This document shows positions 9,145 to 20,484 of a stretch of 64,000 bases of DNA, one piece after another. The DNA comes from an uncultured delta proteobacterium. GTDB lineage: Bacteria > Myxococcota > Myxococcia > SLRQ01. Numbering within the stretch: position 1 is the stretch's first letter; each line of letters starts with the position of its first letter. The position numbers and the translations under genes were made by a program. The notes beneath the pieces were generated by a model. That model saw nothing but the letters and a program-made list of their open reading frames with translations, was not told where the DNA came from and did no database searches. Where the stretch lies: positions 992,001 to 1,056,000 of the forward strand of contig CAVSGM010000001.1 of the NCBI GenBank assembly GCA_963727485.1, written 5' to 3'.

Positions 9145-9953
9145 CGACGACCTCGGCCCCCTCGAACACCGCGGGCTTCTTGTCCCGGAACGCCTCGTAG
9201 GCGATGCGGAAGTCCGGGTGCTGCATGCAGATGGCCTGGGCCTGGGCCTCGGCCTCGATGGCCTCGTCGAGGCCCAGGGGGTGCTCGTCCTCGAGCATCC
9301 GCTTGGTCATCCCATGGGCAAACGCCGGGCCCCGGGCCAGGCGGCGGGCGAGCTTCAGCGCCTCGTCGAGCACCGCCTCCGGCGCGACCACCCGGTTGGC
9401 CAGGCCGATGCGCTCGGCCTTGGCCGCGTCCACCAGCTCGCCGGTGAGGAGGATCTCGCTGGCGTGCCCCAGCCCCACCACCCGCGGCAGGAGCCACCCG
9501 GCGCCCATGTCGGCGCCGCAGAGCCCCACCTGGGGGAAGATGAACCCGAAGCGCGCCTTGGCGCTGGCGATGCGCACGTCGCAGGCGAGCGCCATCACCG
9601 CCCCGGCGCCGGCGGCGGTGCCGTTGACCGCGGCGATGACCGGCTTGGGGCACCGGCGGATGGCCTGGACCAGGGCCCCGGTCATCCGGGTGAACTTGAG
9701 CAGCCCCTGCATGTCGTAGGCGAGCAAGGGGCCGATGATGTCGTTGACGTCGCCGCCGGAGCAGAAGGCGCGGCCCTCGCCGGTGAGGACCACCGCGCGC
9801 ACCTCGTCGTGCTCGCCAAGCGACGGCGAAGAAGTCCCGGAGCTCGCCGTAGATCTCGAAGGTCAGCGCGTTGAGGACGTCGGGGCGGTCGAGGGTGATG
9901 GTCCCGACGCCGCGGTCGAGGGACCAGCGGAAGGACTTGGGATTGAGGCTCAT
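9134..9953 (-). CDS. Enoyl-CoA hydratase/isomerase family (frameshift near 9820)
   Basis: MSLNPKSF..ITLDRPDVLNALT in one frame; AFCSGGDV, KPVIAAVNGTAAGAG, GADMGA in the next. Confidence 0.88.
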
Positions 9954-10348
9954 GGGGCCTCCAGGACGGCGACGCCTTCGATCTCCACCAGCGCCTCGGG
10001 CTCGACGAGCTCGGTGACCCCCACCAGCGCCATGGCGGGGAAGTGGCGGCCCATGCGCTGCTTCCACACCGCGCCCACCTCGCGCAGGCTGGCGCGGTAG
10101 GCGTGCATGTCGGTGACGTAGACGGTCATCCGGGCCACGGACTGGGCGGTGCCGCCGGCGGCCTCGACCACCGCGAGGAAGTTCGCCAGGGCCTGGTCGA
10201 GCTGGGCCACGAAGCCTCCGGGGAAGCGCTCCTCGGTGTCCCAGCCCACCTGGCCGGCGACGTGGAGGTGGCGGCCTTCGCCGATCATGCCGTTGGCGTA
10301 GCCCTTGGGACGGGGCCAGCCGGAGGGGAGGACGGGTGCGAGGGACAT
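9950..10348 (-). CDS. RidA/YjgF family protein
   Basis: PKGYANG, VAGQVGWD, FPAMALVGVTELVEPEALVEIE. Confidence 0.9.
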   Translation of the reverse strand: MSLAPVLPSGWPRPKGYANGMIGEGRHLHVAGQVGWDTEERFPGGFVAQLDQALANFLAVVEAAGGTAQSVARMTVYVTDMHAYRASLREVGAVWKQRMGRHFPAMALVGVTELVEPEALVEIEGVAVLEAP

Positions 10349-10405
10349 GCCCGGGTTGTAGTGGGCGGGGAGGGCGGCGTCCAGGGCGGGCGACGGGCGC
10401 GCGGC

Positions 10406-10705
10406 CTACGCGAAGGGTCCGGAGGTTCCGCCCGTCCGCCGCATCAGCCACCCGACGCCGCAGCCCACGAGCACCACGGCCCCGACCGCGGTGGTCACCG
10501 CGAAGGCGAGGGCGCCGGCGACCGGCCCGCCGAGGCCCGTCGCCAGCCCCAGGATGCCGACCAGCAGGGCGGCGACGCCGACGCCGGCGGCGACCCGGAG
10601 CACCGGCGAGCGCCGGTCCCTGCCGTCGGGGCGGGGTGACGGGGAGGCGTCCACGCTCCCCAGCCTAGGCAGTCTGCGCCCCGCCCGCAGCGCGCGGTGC
10701 GTCAT
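10406..10705 (-). CDS. Small hypothetical membrane protein
   Basis: Two hydrophobic helices; lies between the co-oriented SDR and RidA genes; start uncertain. Confidence 0.45.
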   Translation of the reverse strand: MTHRALRAGRRLPRLGSVDASPSPRPDGRDRRSPVLRVAAGVGVAALLVGILGLATGLGGPVAGALAFAVTTAVGAVVLVGCGVGWLMRRTGGTSGPFA

Positions 10706-10724
10706 GCCGGGGTCGCGCGCGGGA

Positions 10725-11495
10725 TCAGTGCGGCACCTGGCCCCCGTCGAGGCTGATCGCCGACCCGTTGATCCCCCGGGCCGCCTCGGGCAGGAGCGCC
10801 CCGCAGAGGTAGGCGACCTCCTCCACCGTGTAGATCCGCCGCTGGGGCGAGAGATCCTCCAGGGCCCGCCGCGCCTCGCCCTCGCTGCGCCCGGTGGACT
10901 GCACGATCCCCTCGAGGGCGTTGGCGAGGATGTCGGTCTCCACGAACCCGGGGCACACGGCGTTCACCGTGATCCCCTTGCGGGCGACCTCGTGGGCGAG
11001 GGTCCGGGTGAGCCCGATGAGCCCGTGCTTCGAGGCGACGTAGGCGGCGATGTAGGGGCGCCCGAAGAGCCCGGCGTTCGAGGCCACGTTGATGACGCGC
11101 CCCCAGCCCGCCTCGATCATGTCCGGGAGCACCGCCCGGGTCACCATGAACGGCCCGGTGAGGTTGGTGGAGAGCACCCGCTCCCACTCGGCGTCGGTGG
11201 TCTTCACCACCGGGGCCGAGCTGGCCACCCCGGCGCCGTTCACCACCACGGTGATGGGCCCGAGGCGCGCGTGGATGAGGGCCACCCCGGCGTCGATGGA
11301 CGCCCGGTCGGTGACGTCCATGGGGACCGGCAGGCACCCGCACTCCTCGGCCATCTCCCGCAGGCGCGCCTCGTTGCGCGCCGCGGCGGCGACCTTCAGC
11401 CCCAGCCTGGTGAAGTGGCGGACGATGCCCGCGCCGATCCCCCGGCTCCCCCCGGTGACCAGCGCGACCTTCCCCGTAAGCTCTGCGTGCTCCAT
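10725..11495 (-). CDS. SDR family oxidoreductase
   Basis: VTGGSRGIG, VNGAG, YVASKHG (YxxxK), NAVCPGFVET. Confidence 0.92.
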   Translation of the reverse strand: MEHAELTGKVALVTGGSRGIGAGIVRHFTRLGLKVAAAARNEARLREMAEECGCLPVPMDVTDRASIDAGVALIHARLGPITVVVNGAGVASSAPVVKTTDAEWERVLSTNLTGPFMVTRAVLPDMIEAGWGRVINVASNAGLFGRPYIAAYVASKHGLIGLTRTLAHEVARKGITVNAVCPGFVETDILANALEGIVQSTGRSEGEARRALEDLSPQRRIYTVEEVAYLCGALLPEAARGINGSAISLDGGQVPH

Positions 11496-11592
11496 GGCGT
11501 TCCCCCCGGTATGGCCGCGACCGCGGCCGTAACGCACAGCGTCAAGCTAGCCGCGCGCGGCGACCCGGGCAACGCCGGCCACCCGGGTTAGG

Positions 11593-12495
11593 ATGCGCCC
11601 CATGGCTTTCCGCAAGACCGTCGAGCCCGGCGACGTCCGCCGGGAGCTCCTCCCCGGCCAGAGCCCGGGCCTCCTCCAGACCCTCCACCTGCTGGACCGC
11701 GACGGGCGGATGCACGCCGACAGCCGGCGCAAGCTCAAGCAGGTGAACCACTTCGTGCGCCTCTTGACCCCGGCCCTCGACGACGCCTTCGCCCGGCACG
11801 ACCAGCCGGTGATCGTCGACGCCGGCGCCGGCAACGCCTACCTCGGCTTCATCCTCCACGAGCTCTTCGTGGGGCCCAACGGCCGCGGGGAGGTCATCGG
11901 CATCGAGGCCCGGTGCGAGCTGGTCGAGCAGGCGAAGAGCCGCGCCGATGAGCTCGGCTACGACCGCCTCCAGGTCCTGGAGAGCGCCGTGGAGACCGCG
12001 CCGGTCCCCGACCGGGTGCACGTGCTCGTGGCGCTGCACGCCTGCGACACCGCCACCGACGACGCGTTGCTCCTGGCGCTGGCCAAGGGCGCCGACCACG
12101 TGGCGGTGGTCCCCTGCTGCCAGGCCGAGGTCGCCCGCCAGCTCCGGGAGGCCGGCCGGCGCGTCCCCGACCCCGAGCTCGCGCCCCTGTGGCACCACGC
12201 CTGGCACGCCCGGGAGTTCGGCTCGCACCTGACCAACGTCATCCGGGCGCTCGTCCTCGAGGCCCACGGCTACCAGGTCACCGTCACCGAGCTCGCCGGG
12301 TGGGAGCACTCCCTGAAGAACGAGCTCATCCTCGGGCGGCGGGTGCACCAGGAGAACCCCAAGGCGAGGCGGGCGCTGATGGCCCTCCTGGCCCGGGTCC
12401 CGGCGCGGCCGAAGCTGGTGCGCGAGCTGGGCCTTTTGCCCGAGGCCTCAGACCTCGAGGCTCCGCCAGCGCCCGCGGCCGAAGACCACGGCTAG
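11593..12495 (+). CDS. SAM-dependent methyltransferase (Methyltransf_32-like)
   Basis: RKLKQVNHF, VDAGAGNAYLGF, ALHACDTATDDA, VPCCQ, HSLKN. Confidence 0.82.
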   Translation: MRPMAFRKTVEPGDVRRELLPGQSPGLLQTLHLLDRDGRMHADSRRKLKQVNHFVRLLTPALDDAFARHDQPVIVDAGAGNAYLGFILHELFVGPNGRGEVIGIEARCELVEQAKSRADELGYDRLQVLESAVETAPVPDRVHVLVALHACDTATDDALLLALAKGADHVAVVPCCQAEVARQLREAGRRVPDPELAPLWHHAWHAREFGSHLTNVIRALVLEAHGYQVTVTELAGWEHSLKNELILGRRVHQENPKARRALMALLARVPARPKLVRELGLLPEASDLEAPPAPAAEDHG

Positions 12496-13851
12496 CCACA
12501 CCGCGCGGACCCCCCAGTCCAGGGTGCTCCCCACCCACACGCCGATGAGCCCCCAGCCGAGGACGAAGGCGAAGAGCCAGGTCCCGGCGACCCGGACCGC
12601 CACCGGCCCCACCAGCGCCGCGATCATCGGCGTCTTGGTGTCGCCCGCGCCCCGGAGGCCGTTGGCCAGCGAGTCGGTCACCGCCATCAGCGGCTGGGCC
12701 ACCGCGGCGACCAGGAGGCACTTCGCCCCGAGGGCGACGATCGCCGGGTCGGTGGAGAAGAGGCCGATGAGCTGCCGGGGGAGGCCCACGAAGAGCGCCG
12801 AGATCCCGAGGAGCCAGGTGGTGGCGATGCCCGTGGCGACCCACCCGGCCCGGGCTGCGTCGTCGGGGCGTCTGGCGCCGAGCTTCTGGGCCACCAGCGC
12901 CCCGGCGGCGATGCCGAAGCCCTCGGCGGCGATGAAGCCGATGGACTCGATGGCGATCAGCGCCTGGTTCGCGGCCATCGCCGTGTCCCCGAGGCGGCCC
13001 ACCAGGGCCACGAAGGTGAGGAACCCGGCGTGGAAGAGCAGCTGCTCCCCGAAGCTCGCCCGGCTCACCCGGAGGATGCTCCCGAGCGCCGCCCGGTGCC
13101 GGGCGGTGGGTCGCTCGACGACCAGCCTCGCCGCGTGGCGCCGGCGCAGGAGCACCGCCACCAGGATCACCCCCTCGAGGACGAAGGACGCCGCGGTGGC
13201 GATGGCCGCGCCCTCGACCCCCAGGCGCGGGGCGCCGAGCTTGCCGTAGATGAGCACCCAGTCGAGGCCCACGTTGGTGGCCTGGGCGACGATGGCGACC
13301 ACCAGCGGCGTCCGGGTGTCGCCGGAGGCCTGGAGCACGGTGGTGGCCACCAGGCCCACGAAGCCCAGGCCGATGACCGGGAGGATGACGCCCAGGTACT
13401 GCTCGGAGAGGGCGCGCACCGCGGGGCTGGTCGCCGGGCCGCTGGCGAGGAGGGTCGCCACCAGGGGCCGGGCGAGGTAGCCGGCGAGGCCCACCGCCGC
13501 GCCGATGCCCACCGCCAGGGCGATGGCCGAGGCGGTGGCGTGGCGGGCGCGGTCGGCGTCCTCGGCCCCCACCGCCCGGCCGACCACCGCCAGGGTCCCC
13601 GCGGAGAAGGCGGTGAACACCGAGGTCAGAGACCAGAGGAACGGGCCGCTGACCTGCATCGAGGCCAGGGCGTCGGCGCCGTAGCGACCGAGCATCAGCC
13701 GGTCGGTGAGGAAGACGCCGGTGGCGACGACGCCCTGGAGGATCGCCGGCCAGGCGAGGCGCAGCACCTCGCGGCCGAGGGCCCGGGTGGTGGCTACACC
13801 CAGAGGGCGCGGGGGATGAAGGTCCAGCTCTGGGGGCGTGCCGTCGGCCAC
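12448..13851 (-). CDS. MATE family efflux transporter
   Basis: LAWPAIL, DRLMLGR, LQASGDTRTPL, LGVEGAAIAT, LRGAGDTKTPM; many TM segments. Confidence 0.92.
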   Translation of the reverse strand: MADGTPPELDLHPPRPLGVATTRALGREVLRLAWPAILQGVVATGVFLTDRLMLGRYGADALASMQVSGPFLWSLTSVFTAFSAGTLAVVGRAVGAEDADRARHATASAIALAVGIGAAVGLAGYLARPLVATLLASGPATSPAVRALSEQYLGVILPVIGLGFVGLVATTVLQASGDTRTPLVVAIVAQATNVGLDWVLIYGKLGAPRLGVEGAAIATAASFVLEGVILVAVLLRRRHAARLVVERPTARHRAALGSILRVSRASFGEQLLFHAGFLTFVALVGRLGDTAMAANQALIAIESIGFIAAEGFGIAAGALVAQKLGARRPDDAARAGWVATGIATTWLLGISALFVGLPRQLIGLFSTDPAIVALGAKCLLVAAVAQPLMAVTDSLANGLRGAGDTKTPMIAALVGPVAVRVAGTWLFAFVLGWGLIGVWVGSTLDWGVRAVWLAVVFGRGRWRSLEV

Positions 13852-14729
13852 AGGGGTGCCATCATGGGGAGACTCGACTTCCGTGCAACCTCCCGGCCGA
13901 GGGCCGCGGGCAGCGGCGGGTCCCCGGGGCTCGTCCAGTGGCGGACCTCGGCCACCCCGAGGTGCGCCGCCGTGCGCCGGGCGGCCTCCACCAGGGCCGA
14001 GGCCCCGGCCTCCGAGCCGGCGAGGAGCAGCAGGAGCTCGAGCCGGTCGGTCTTCCGATCGAGGTACCAGACCACGAGGTCGCGCCCCGCCCGGGCGCCG
14101 CAGACCTCGGTGTGGGCGAGGCCCATCAGGTCGTCGTAGATGCGCTGGCGCTCCAGGTGCCAGTCGAGCTGCGGGGCCGTGGGCCGCACCCCCACCTCGC
14201 CGCCCGGCCAGGGAGCCACCGCCAGGGCGGCCTCCAGGTCACCTTGGGTGAGCAGCGCGTCCACGGCGGTCGCGGGATCCCCGGGGACGGCCTCGAGCAC
14301 CCGGTAGGGGAAGACCCGGGCCACGTAGCCCGCCCGGCCGTAGATCGCCTCGCCCACGTCGGAGAAGAGGATGGAGGCGAAGGCGTCCGAGTCGACCGAC
14401 GGGAGCCGCGCCACCAGGGCCCGCATCATCGCGGTGGCGTGGCCGCGGCCCCGGAGGTGGGGCTCGGTGTACACCGAGGCGACCCCGTAGGCGTGCCCGG
14501 CGCGCCCGCCGGCGGTCCCCTCCATGCGGAAGGTCTCGCAGGAGGCGAGGATCGCTCCCGCGTCGTCCTTCCACAGCCAGGCGGTCATCGCCGCCCGGGC
14601 CCACCGGTGGGCCCGGAGCCGCCGCTCCCGCTCGGCGTAGGCGTCGACCGAGAGCCGCTGCCCCCAGGCCGCGTGGGTGACCCGGTCCCGGGCGCGCTGC
14701 TCCGCCTCGGTGGCGACGACCAGGGGCAC
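13794..14729 (-). CDS. GNAT family N-acetyltransferase
   Basis: GVASVYTEPHLRGRGHAT acetyl-CoA motif; LFSDVG..Y..GY. Confidence 0.82.
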   Translation of the reverse strand: MPLVVATEAEQRARDRVTHAAWGQRLSVDAYAERERRLRAHRWARAAMTAWLWKDDAGAILASCETFRMEGTAGGRAGHAYGVASVYTEPHLRGRGHATAMMRALVARLPSVDSDAFASILFSDVGEAIYGRAGYVARVFPYRVLEAVPGDPATAVDALLTQGDLEAALAVAPWPGGEVGVRPTAPQLDWHLERQRIYDDLMGLAHTEVCGARAGRDLVVWYLDRKTDRLELLLLLAGSEAGASALVEAARRTAAHLGVAEVRHWTSPGDPPLPAALGREVARKSSLPMMAPLWPTARPQSWTFIPRALWV

Positions 14730-14748
14730 GGCGCGGGGGCCTCCCGGC

Positions 14749-15084
14749 CTAGAGCCGGTCGCCGTACTTGGCCTTGGCCGGGCGGAAGGAGTCGAAGGCC
14801 CGGGCCAGGATCTCCTTGGGCTTCGTCGACCGGGGCGGCACCAGCTCGGGGACCTCGAGGCCCAGGATCTTCGCCGCCTCGTTGTAGTCGGAGGCGCCGC
14901 GCTCCCGGAGCTGGGAGGTGGAGGTGTGGCCCTCCTCGCCGCCGAGGGAGCCCGCGAGGCGCTCGCGCAGCACGCCCAGGCGCGCCCGCTCGGCCCAGTC
15001 CATCTCCGGGGTGCCCATCTTCACGTCGAGGGTGCGGATCATCTCCGCCAGCTTCTCGCGCCACTGCCGCTCACGCAGGTTCAT
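14749..15084 (-). CDS. Hypothetical protein
   Basis: [15 protein letters not shown]...; ATGA overlap with the queF stop; typical codon usage. Confidence 0.6.
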   Translation of the reverse strand: MNLRERQWREKLAEMIRTLDVKMGTPEMDWAERARLGVLRERLAGSLGGEEGHTSTSQLRERGASDYNEAAKILGLEVPELVPPRSTKPKEILARAFDSFRPAKAKYGDRL

Positions 15085-15483
15085 CGCTTGCCTCCAGCCC
15101 GGGACGCCGGGCGGCGCCGGGATCGCGCCAAAGCCTCGTGGGAGGCCTCCACCACTGTATGGATTCCGCCGCGGATGTTGAAGTCCCCGGTGACCTTCAT
15201 CCGCCTCGGCTTCAGGAGGGCCACCAGGTCGTCGAGGATGAGGTTGGTGACCGCCTCGTGGAAGTGGCCCTCGTTGCGGAAGGACCAGAGGTAGAGCTTG
15301 AGGGACTTCAGCTCCACGCACAGCTTCTCCGGGACGTACTCGATGCGGACGGTGGCGAAGTCCGGCTGCCCGGTCATCGGGCACACGCAGGTGAACTCCG
15401 CCGTCTCGAAGCGGATGACGTAGTCGCGCCCCGGCTTCGGGTTGGGGAAGGTCTCGAGAATCCTTGGACGGGCGGGTCGCCAT
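15081..15483 (-). CDS. queF: 7-cyano-7-deazaguanine reductase (preQ1 synthase), frameshift near the 5' end
   Basis: [41 protein letters not shown]-terminus MATRPSK lies in another frame. Confidence 0.9.
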
Positions 15484-15496
15484 CGGGGCCCGGGTT

Positions 15497-18400
15497 CTAC
15501 CATGGAATCGGGCCCCGGCAACGTCTCCCGGGGCGCACCCGGCCGACGGCGCGCTCGGCCCACTGGGGCACCGGGTCAGTCGCCGTCGTCATGGCCCGGA
15601 ACCCGGCGACCGTCTCCCACCGCTTCGCCGCCCCGGCCCCGAGCTCGCCGCCCATCTCCAGGCGCAGGGCCCGCACCGTCTCCATCTCCAGGAACAGCCG
15701 CCGGTCGTCGGCGGCGTCGGTCTGGCCGCCGGCGCGGGTGAGCATGGCGTCCGCGGTCGTGAGGTCGGACCGGCGCAGGGCCAGGTGGGCGTGGTTGATG
15801 AGCACCCCCGGGACCTTGGCGACCTCCGGGTCGTCGGGGGGCGGGAGGCAGGCGAAGGCGCCGGCGTAGTCCCCGAGCTGGGTCAGCACCGAGCACAGGC
15901 CGCTGCCCCGGCCCACGTGGGTCTTGGTGCCGGGCACGGTGAGGCGCCACGCCGCCTCCAGGCTCACCCGCGCCGCCGGGTAGTCCCCGCGCCCCCAGGC
16001 GTTCCACCCCCGCACCGCGTGGAGATTGGAGCGGTCGAGGTCGTTCCCGAACTGCTCGGCCAGCGGCAGGGTCTGGTCCACCGCCCGGTCCGCGGCGGCG
16101 TAGTCGGCGGCGAGGCTGTGCTGGGTCGCCGCGTGGAGCCCGAAGGCCACCGCCAGGTCGTCGCGGCCGAGGGCCTGGGCCTCGCGGAAGGCGGTCTCGG
16201 CGAGGGCCACCGCGTCGCCCCGGCGGCCCACCAGCCCCAGGGCGTGGACCCGCAGGGAGTGGAGCTGGAGGCGGCTCGAGGGGGCGGGGCTCCGGCCCAG
16301 GGCGTCGTCGACGTAGCGCAGGGCCCGCTGCCCGGCACGGTGGTCCACCGCGGCCCGGGCGACGGTCAGGGCCACGTCCACCGCCCCGGCGTCGTCGCCG
16401 ACCCCCACCAGGTGGCCGTGGAGGACCGCCGGGTCGACCTCGTCCTCCTGGCCGAGGATTCGGAGGGCCGCCTGGTGCAGGGACCGGCGGTGGCTGAAGG
16501 AGAGGGACTCGTAGGTCACCTGCCGATCGATGGCGTGGGCGAAGCGCCACCTCCCCGGGCCCCGGGTCTCGATGAACCGCGCGGCCTTGAGCCGGCCGAG
16601 GGCGGCCAGGACCGCGCGGCGCCCCTCCTCGGCCACCAGCGCCTGCAGGGCCTCGAGGCCGAAGTCCTCGCCCCACACCGCGCCGGCGGCGAGGACCTGC
16701 CGGGCCAGGCCGTCGAAGCGGTCGATCCGGGTGCGGATGGCCTCCTCCACCGTGGCTGGGAGGCTCCGGGTGTCGCCCTGGAGTGCCAGGGCCTGGAGGA
16801 AGAGGGGATTGCCCCCGGCGCGGCGGGCGAGGACCAGGGCCTCGGTGGGGGAGAGCCCGGGCCGCAGGTGGCGCACCAGCTCCAGGGACTCGGACACCTC
16901 GAGGGGGGCCAGGGCCAGGTGGCGCTCGGGGACCGGCGGGCCCCCCTCGCCCACGGTGGTGACCAGAAGCGGGGTGCCGGTGCGCCGGGCGGCGTCGCAG
17001 AGGGCCGCCCAGGGGACGGCGTCGTCGGCCTCGGCGAGGTGGAGGTCCTCGACCAGGACCGCCACCGGGGCCCGGGCCAGGGCCGCGGCCAGGGTCGCGC
17101 CCACGGCCCCGGGATCCGAGGCGTCGAGGGGGCAGCCCAGGGCCCCGGCGAGCTCCACGAAGGCGCTGAAGGCCCGGGGCCCGCCGAAGTGGCCGAGGAC
17201 CGCCCGCCGGTGGGCGCCGGCGGCCAGGGCCCTGGCCTCCTGGAGGAGACGGGTCTTGCCCAGGCCCACCTCGCCCAGGATCCCCAGGGGGCCGGCGCCC
17301 TCTGCGAGGTGGCGGCGGAGGGCCTCGAGCTCGGCCTTCCGGCCCACCAGCGGCGTCAGCTCCAGGTTCGGGCGGGCGGCGACTGCGGTCGTCACCGGGG
17401 CCCGCACCTCGATGGGGGCGTCGAAGCCCTTGGCGGTGATGCCCGGGCGCGGCTCGAAGGTCAGGCTCCGGGCGGCGGCGGCGGTGGCGAGGTCGCAGAG
17501 GACCTCGCCGGCGGGGGTCCGCTGGAGGATGCGCGCGGCCCGGTTGACCGCTTCGCCGATGGCGGTCACCTCCCGGCGCACCGTGGAGCCGAGGGCGCCC
17601 AAGAAGACCCGCCCGGTGGCGATGCCGGCCGCGAAGGCCCCGGTGGCGGCCAGCGCCCGCGCGGTCTCCACCGCCCGGGCGGGGGCCGACTCCAGGGCCG
17701 CCGGGGCGCCGAAGCCGGCGAGGAGCACCGTGCCCTTGTCGCCGCTCTCGAATCTTCTGGACGTAGCCCCCGGCCCGGGCGACCACCGACACCGCCTCCC
17801 CGAGGCGCGTGGCCACCGCCCGGGGCCCGGCGTCGCCGGCGGTCTCCAGGCGGAGGAAGAGGGTGGTCACCGCCCGGTGCTCGCCGATCTCCGGGGGCAG
17901 GAGCAGGCCCTGCCACACCCGGTCGTGGAGGAGCGGGCGGAGGCGATCGAGGCCGGCCCCGGCCAGGACCCCGAGGTTGTCGCCCTCGGCCGTGTCCACC
18001 GCGTCGTCGGCGGGGGGCGTGGGGTCGTCGTTCTCCACGGGCAGTGGCGGCCCCGTCCCCGACTCCGGCGGCGCCGGCGCCCGCAGGGAGAGCACCCGGG
18101 CGAGGCCGGGCCCGTCCCCCTCGGTCTCCACCGACGGGGAGGCGGTGGCGGTCCACAGCTCGTCGATGCCGGCGACACCCAGGGCCCGCGCCGCCTGGCG
18201 CACCGCCGGCCCCAGGGTCACCGCCTGGCGCACCCGGTCGTCGCCGGCGGTGAAGGTGAGCACCTCCCCGTCGGCGAGGCCCAGGCGGCTCGCGGCCCCG
18301 GGTCCCTGGAGGATCTCCAGGCCCGCGGCGGCGGCCCGGGCCAGCCGGTCGTCCCGGTCGCCGCCGGTGAACAGGGCGGTGAAGGCGTCCCCGGCGAAGG

Positions 18401-18662
18401 TGGTCACGTCCCCCTGGTGCCGGGCCACCGGCGCCAGGACCTCGGCAAACCAGGCGTTGAGGCGCCCGGTGGTCTCCTCGGCGCCGGCGCGCCCCTGCTC
18501 GGCGAGCTGCCGGGTCAGCACGGTGAACCCGGCCATGTCGACCATGAGCACCGACGCCTCCACGGACACCGGGGCCACCAGATCCTCGCCCCCGAGGGCG
18601 CGCTGGTAGAGCCACAGGGGCAGCCAGCTTCGCGCGGCGACCAGGAGCTCGAGTTCGGACAC
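15497..18662 (-). CDS. Tandem class III nucleotidyl cyclase + AAA/STAND ATPase + helical-repeat protein (frameshift near 17750)
   Basis: [10 protein letters not shown] and TFAGDAF (cyclase Asp pair); [58 protein letters not shown]. Confidence 0.82.
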
Positions 18663-18754
18663 GGACTCCCAGAATGCCAAAGGCCCGGCCCCCGGGCCAC
18701 TCCCGACGACCGGGCCGCGGGTCCGGCCTCGAGGGCGGGTCGGCCCGCGGCGGG

Positions 18755-19089
18755 TCAGTCCCCGAGAAGCTGGTGGGCACCCCGAGCGCCATGCCGAAGA
18801 GCGTGGCGCCCATGCGGGTGACCGCGGAGGTGCCCACGAAGTGCAGGGACCGCACCTGCTTGCGCACCGGCCAGACCTTCTCCTGCCAGGCGGCCCGGGC
18901 CCCGCTGTCGTAGCCGGCGACGCCCCGGACGTCGAAGGTGACGTCCACGGTGTCGGCCCCGAGGAGGGTGAGGAAGCGGTCGGCGGCGGCGGCGCCATCG
19001 GCAGCGGAGACCCGGCTCTGGAAACGCACCACGATGCGATCGGTGCCTCCCCCCCGGGTTACCTCCCACCCTGCGGATCCGGTAACCAT
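18755..19089 (-). CDS. STAS/SEC14-like small protein (stop uncertain)
   Basis: FDVRGVAGYDSGARAAW..LHFVGTSAVTRMGA pattern; no in-frame stop nearby, probable indel. Confidence 0.45.
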
Positions 19090-19199
19090 GGTCGCACGAT
19101 TGTTCAATGGATTCCCCCGCGTTGGCCAGTGCCAGTGGAACCTAGGCGCCGACCGATGGGGCGCACGCCCACTCCGGCCCTCTTGACCCGGCCCCGGCG

Positions 19200-20484
19200 A
19201 TGGCCGAAGCCACGGCGACGATGGTCCGCCTCGAACGCGTCCCCGCCAATCCCGCCGCACCGCGCCTCGACTGGCCCGGCCGGCCCGCCGGGCCCCTGGA
19301 GGTGGCGGAGGTCGTCCCCGGGGTGCGCCAGCGGTGGGGCACCGGCGCGGCCATCGGCCGGGTGGTCGCCGGGGACAACCTGGGTCTCCTCGCGGGCCTC
19401 GAGCCCGGCTCGGTGCGCCTCGCCTACCTCGACCCGCCGTTCATGAGCGGCGACCGCTACACCTTCCGCACCCGGGCGGGGGAGGCGCGCTACGAGGTCC
19501 CGGCCTTCGCCGACGCCTGGCCCGGGGGGCTGGCCGGCTACCTCGCCTTCCTCGAGGACCGCCTGCGCCTGGTGGCCCGGGCACTCGCCGACGACGGGAG
19601 CCTCTACCTCCACCTCGACGCCCGGGGGGTCCACTACGCCCGGGTGCTCCTCGACGAGATCCTCGGCGCCGGGTGCTTCACCCGGCAGATCGTGTGGCGC
19701 ATCGGCTGGGTGAGCGGGTTCAAGGCCCGGGCCCGCAACTGGATCCGCGACCACGACGTGATCCTCTACTACGCCCGCCCCGGGGCGCCCTTCCACCGGC
19801 ACCTGCTGCCACACCCCGAGGGCTACGTGCGCCGGGGCGGTGGCGCCGGGGCCGGGCGCCCGGTGGACGACGTGTGGGTCGACCTTCCGTCGATCCAGAT
19901 CAAGAGCTTCTCCTCGGAGAAGACCGGCTGGGCCACCCAGAAGAACGAGGCGCTGCTCCGGCGGATCGTCGAGGCCTCGAGCGACCCTGGCGACCTCGTC
20001 CTCGAATCCCTTCGCCGGCGCCGGGAGCACCGCGGTCGCGGCGGCGGACACCGGGAGGCGCTTCGTGGTCCTCGATCGGTCGCCGCTGGCGATTCACCTG
20101 TGCCGCCGCCGGCTCCTCGCCCGGGGGGCGGCGTTCACCGTGGAGGGCACCGCCGGGGCGCCCGAGGGCGAGGTGGTCGCCTCTGCCCGGCTCCAGGGGG
20201 CGGGGACGGTGGTGCGGCTGGTGGACGTCCCTGGCGCCGCGGGCCCGGACGGCGTGGACCCCCTGGGCCGGATCGACGGGTGGTGGGTGATCGATCCCGC
20301 CGCCCCCGAGGCGCCTGCCTGGCAGGCCCACCGCCCCGGGGGCCTGCGGCCGGGGCGGGTGGCCCTGGAGACCCCGGCGCTGGCCTGCGCGGGGCCGTTC
20401 ACCGTGGAGGCGGTGGACCTCGCCGGCCGCCGCCACCGGGGCGTGGCTCAGACGTCGAGGACCCCGAAGCGCCGCCGGGGGTGA
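19200..20484 (+). CDS. Beta-class N6-A/N4-C DNA methyltransferase (frameshift near 20005)
   Basis: GDNL, AYLDPPF (motif IV), DDVW, TQKNEALLRRIVEASSDPGDLVL, then PFAGAGST (motif I). Confidence 0.85.
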
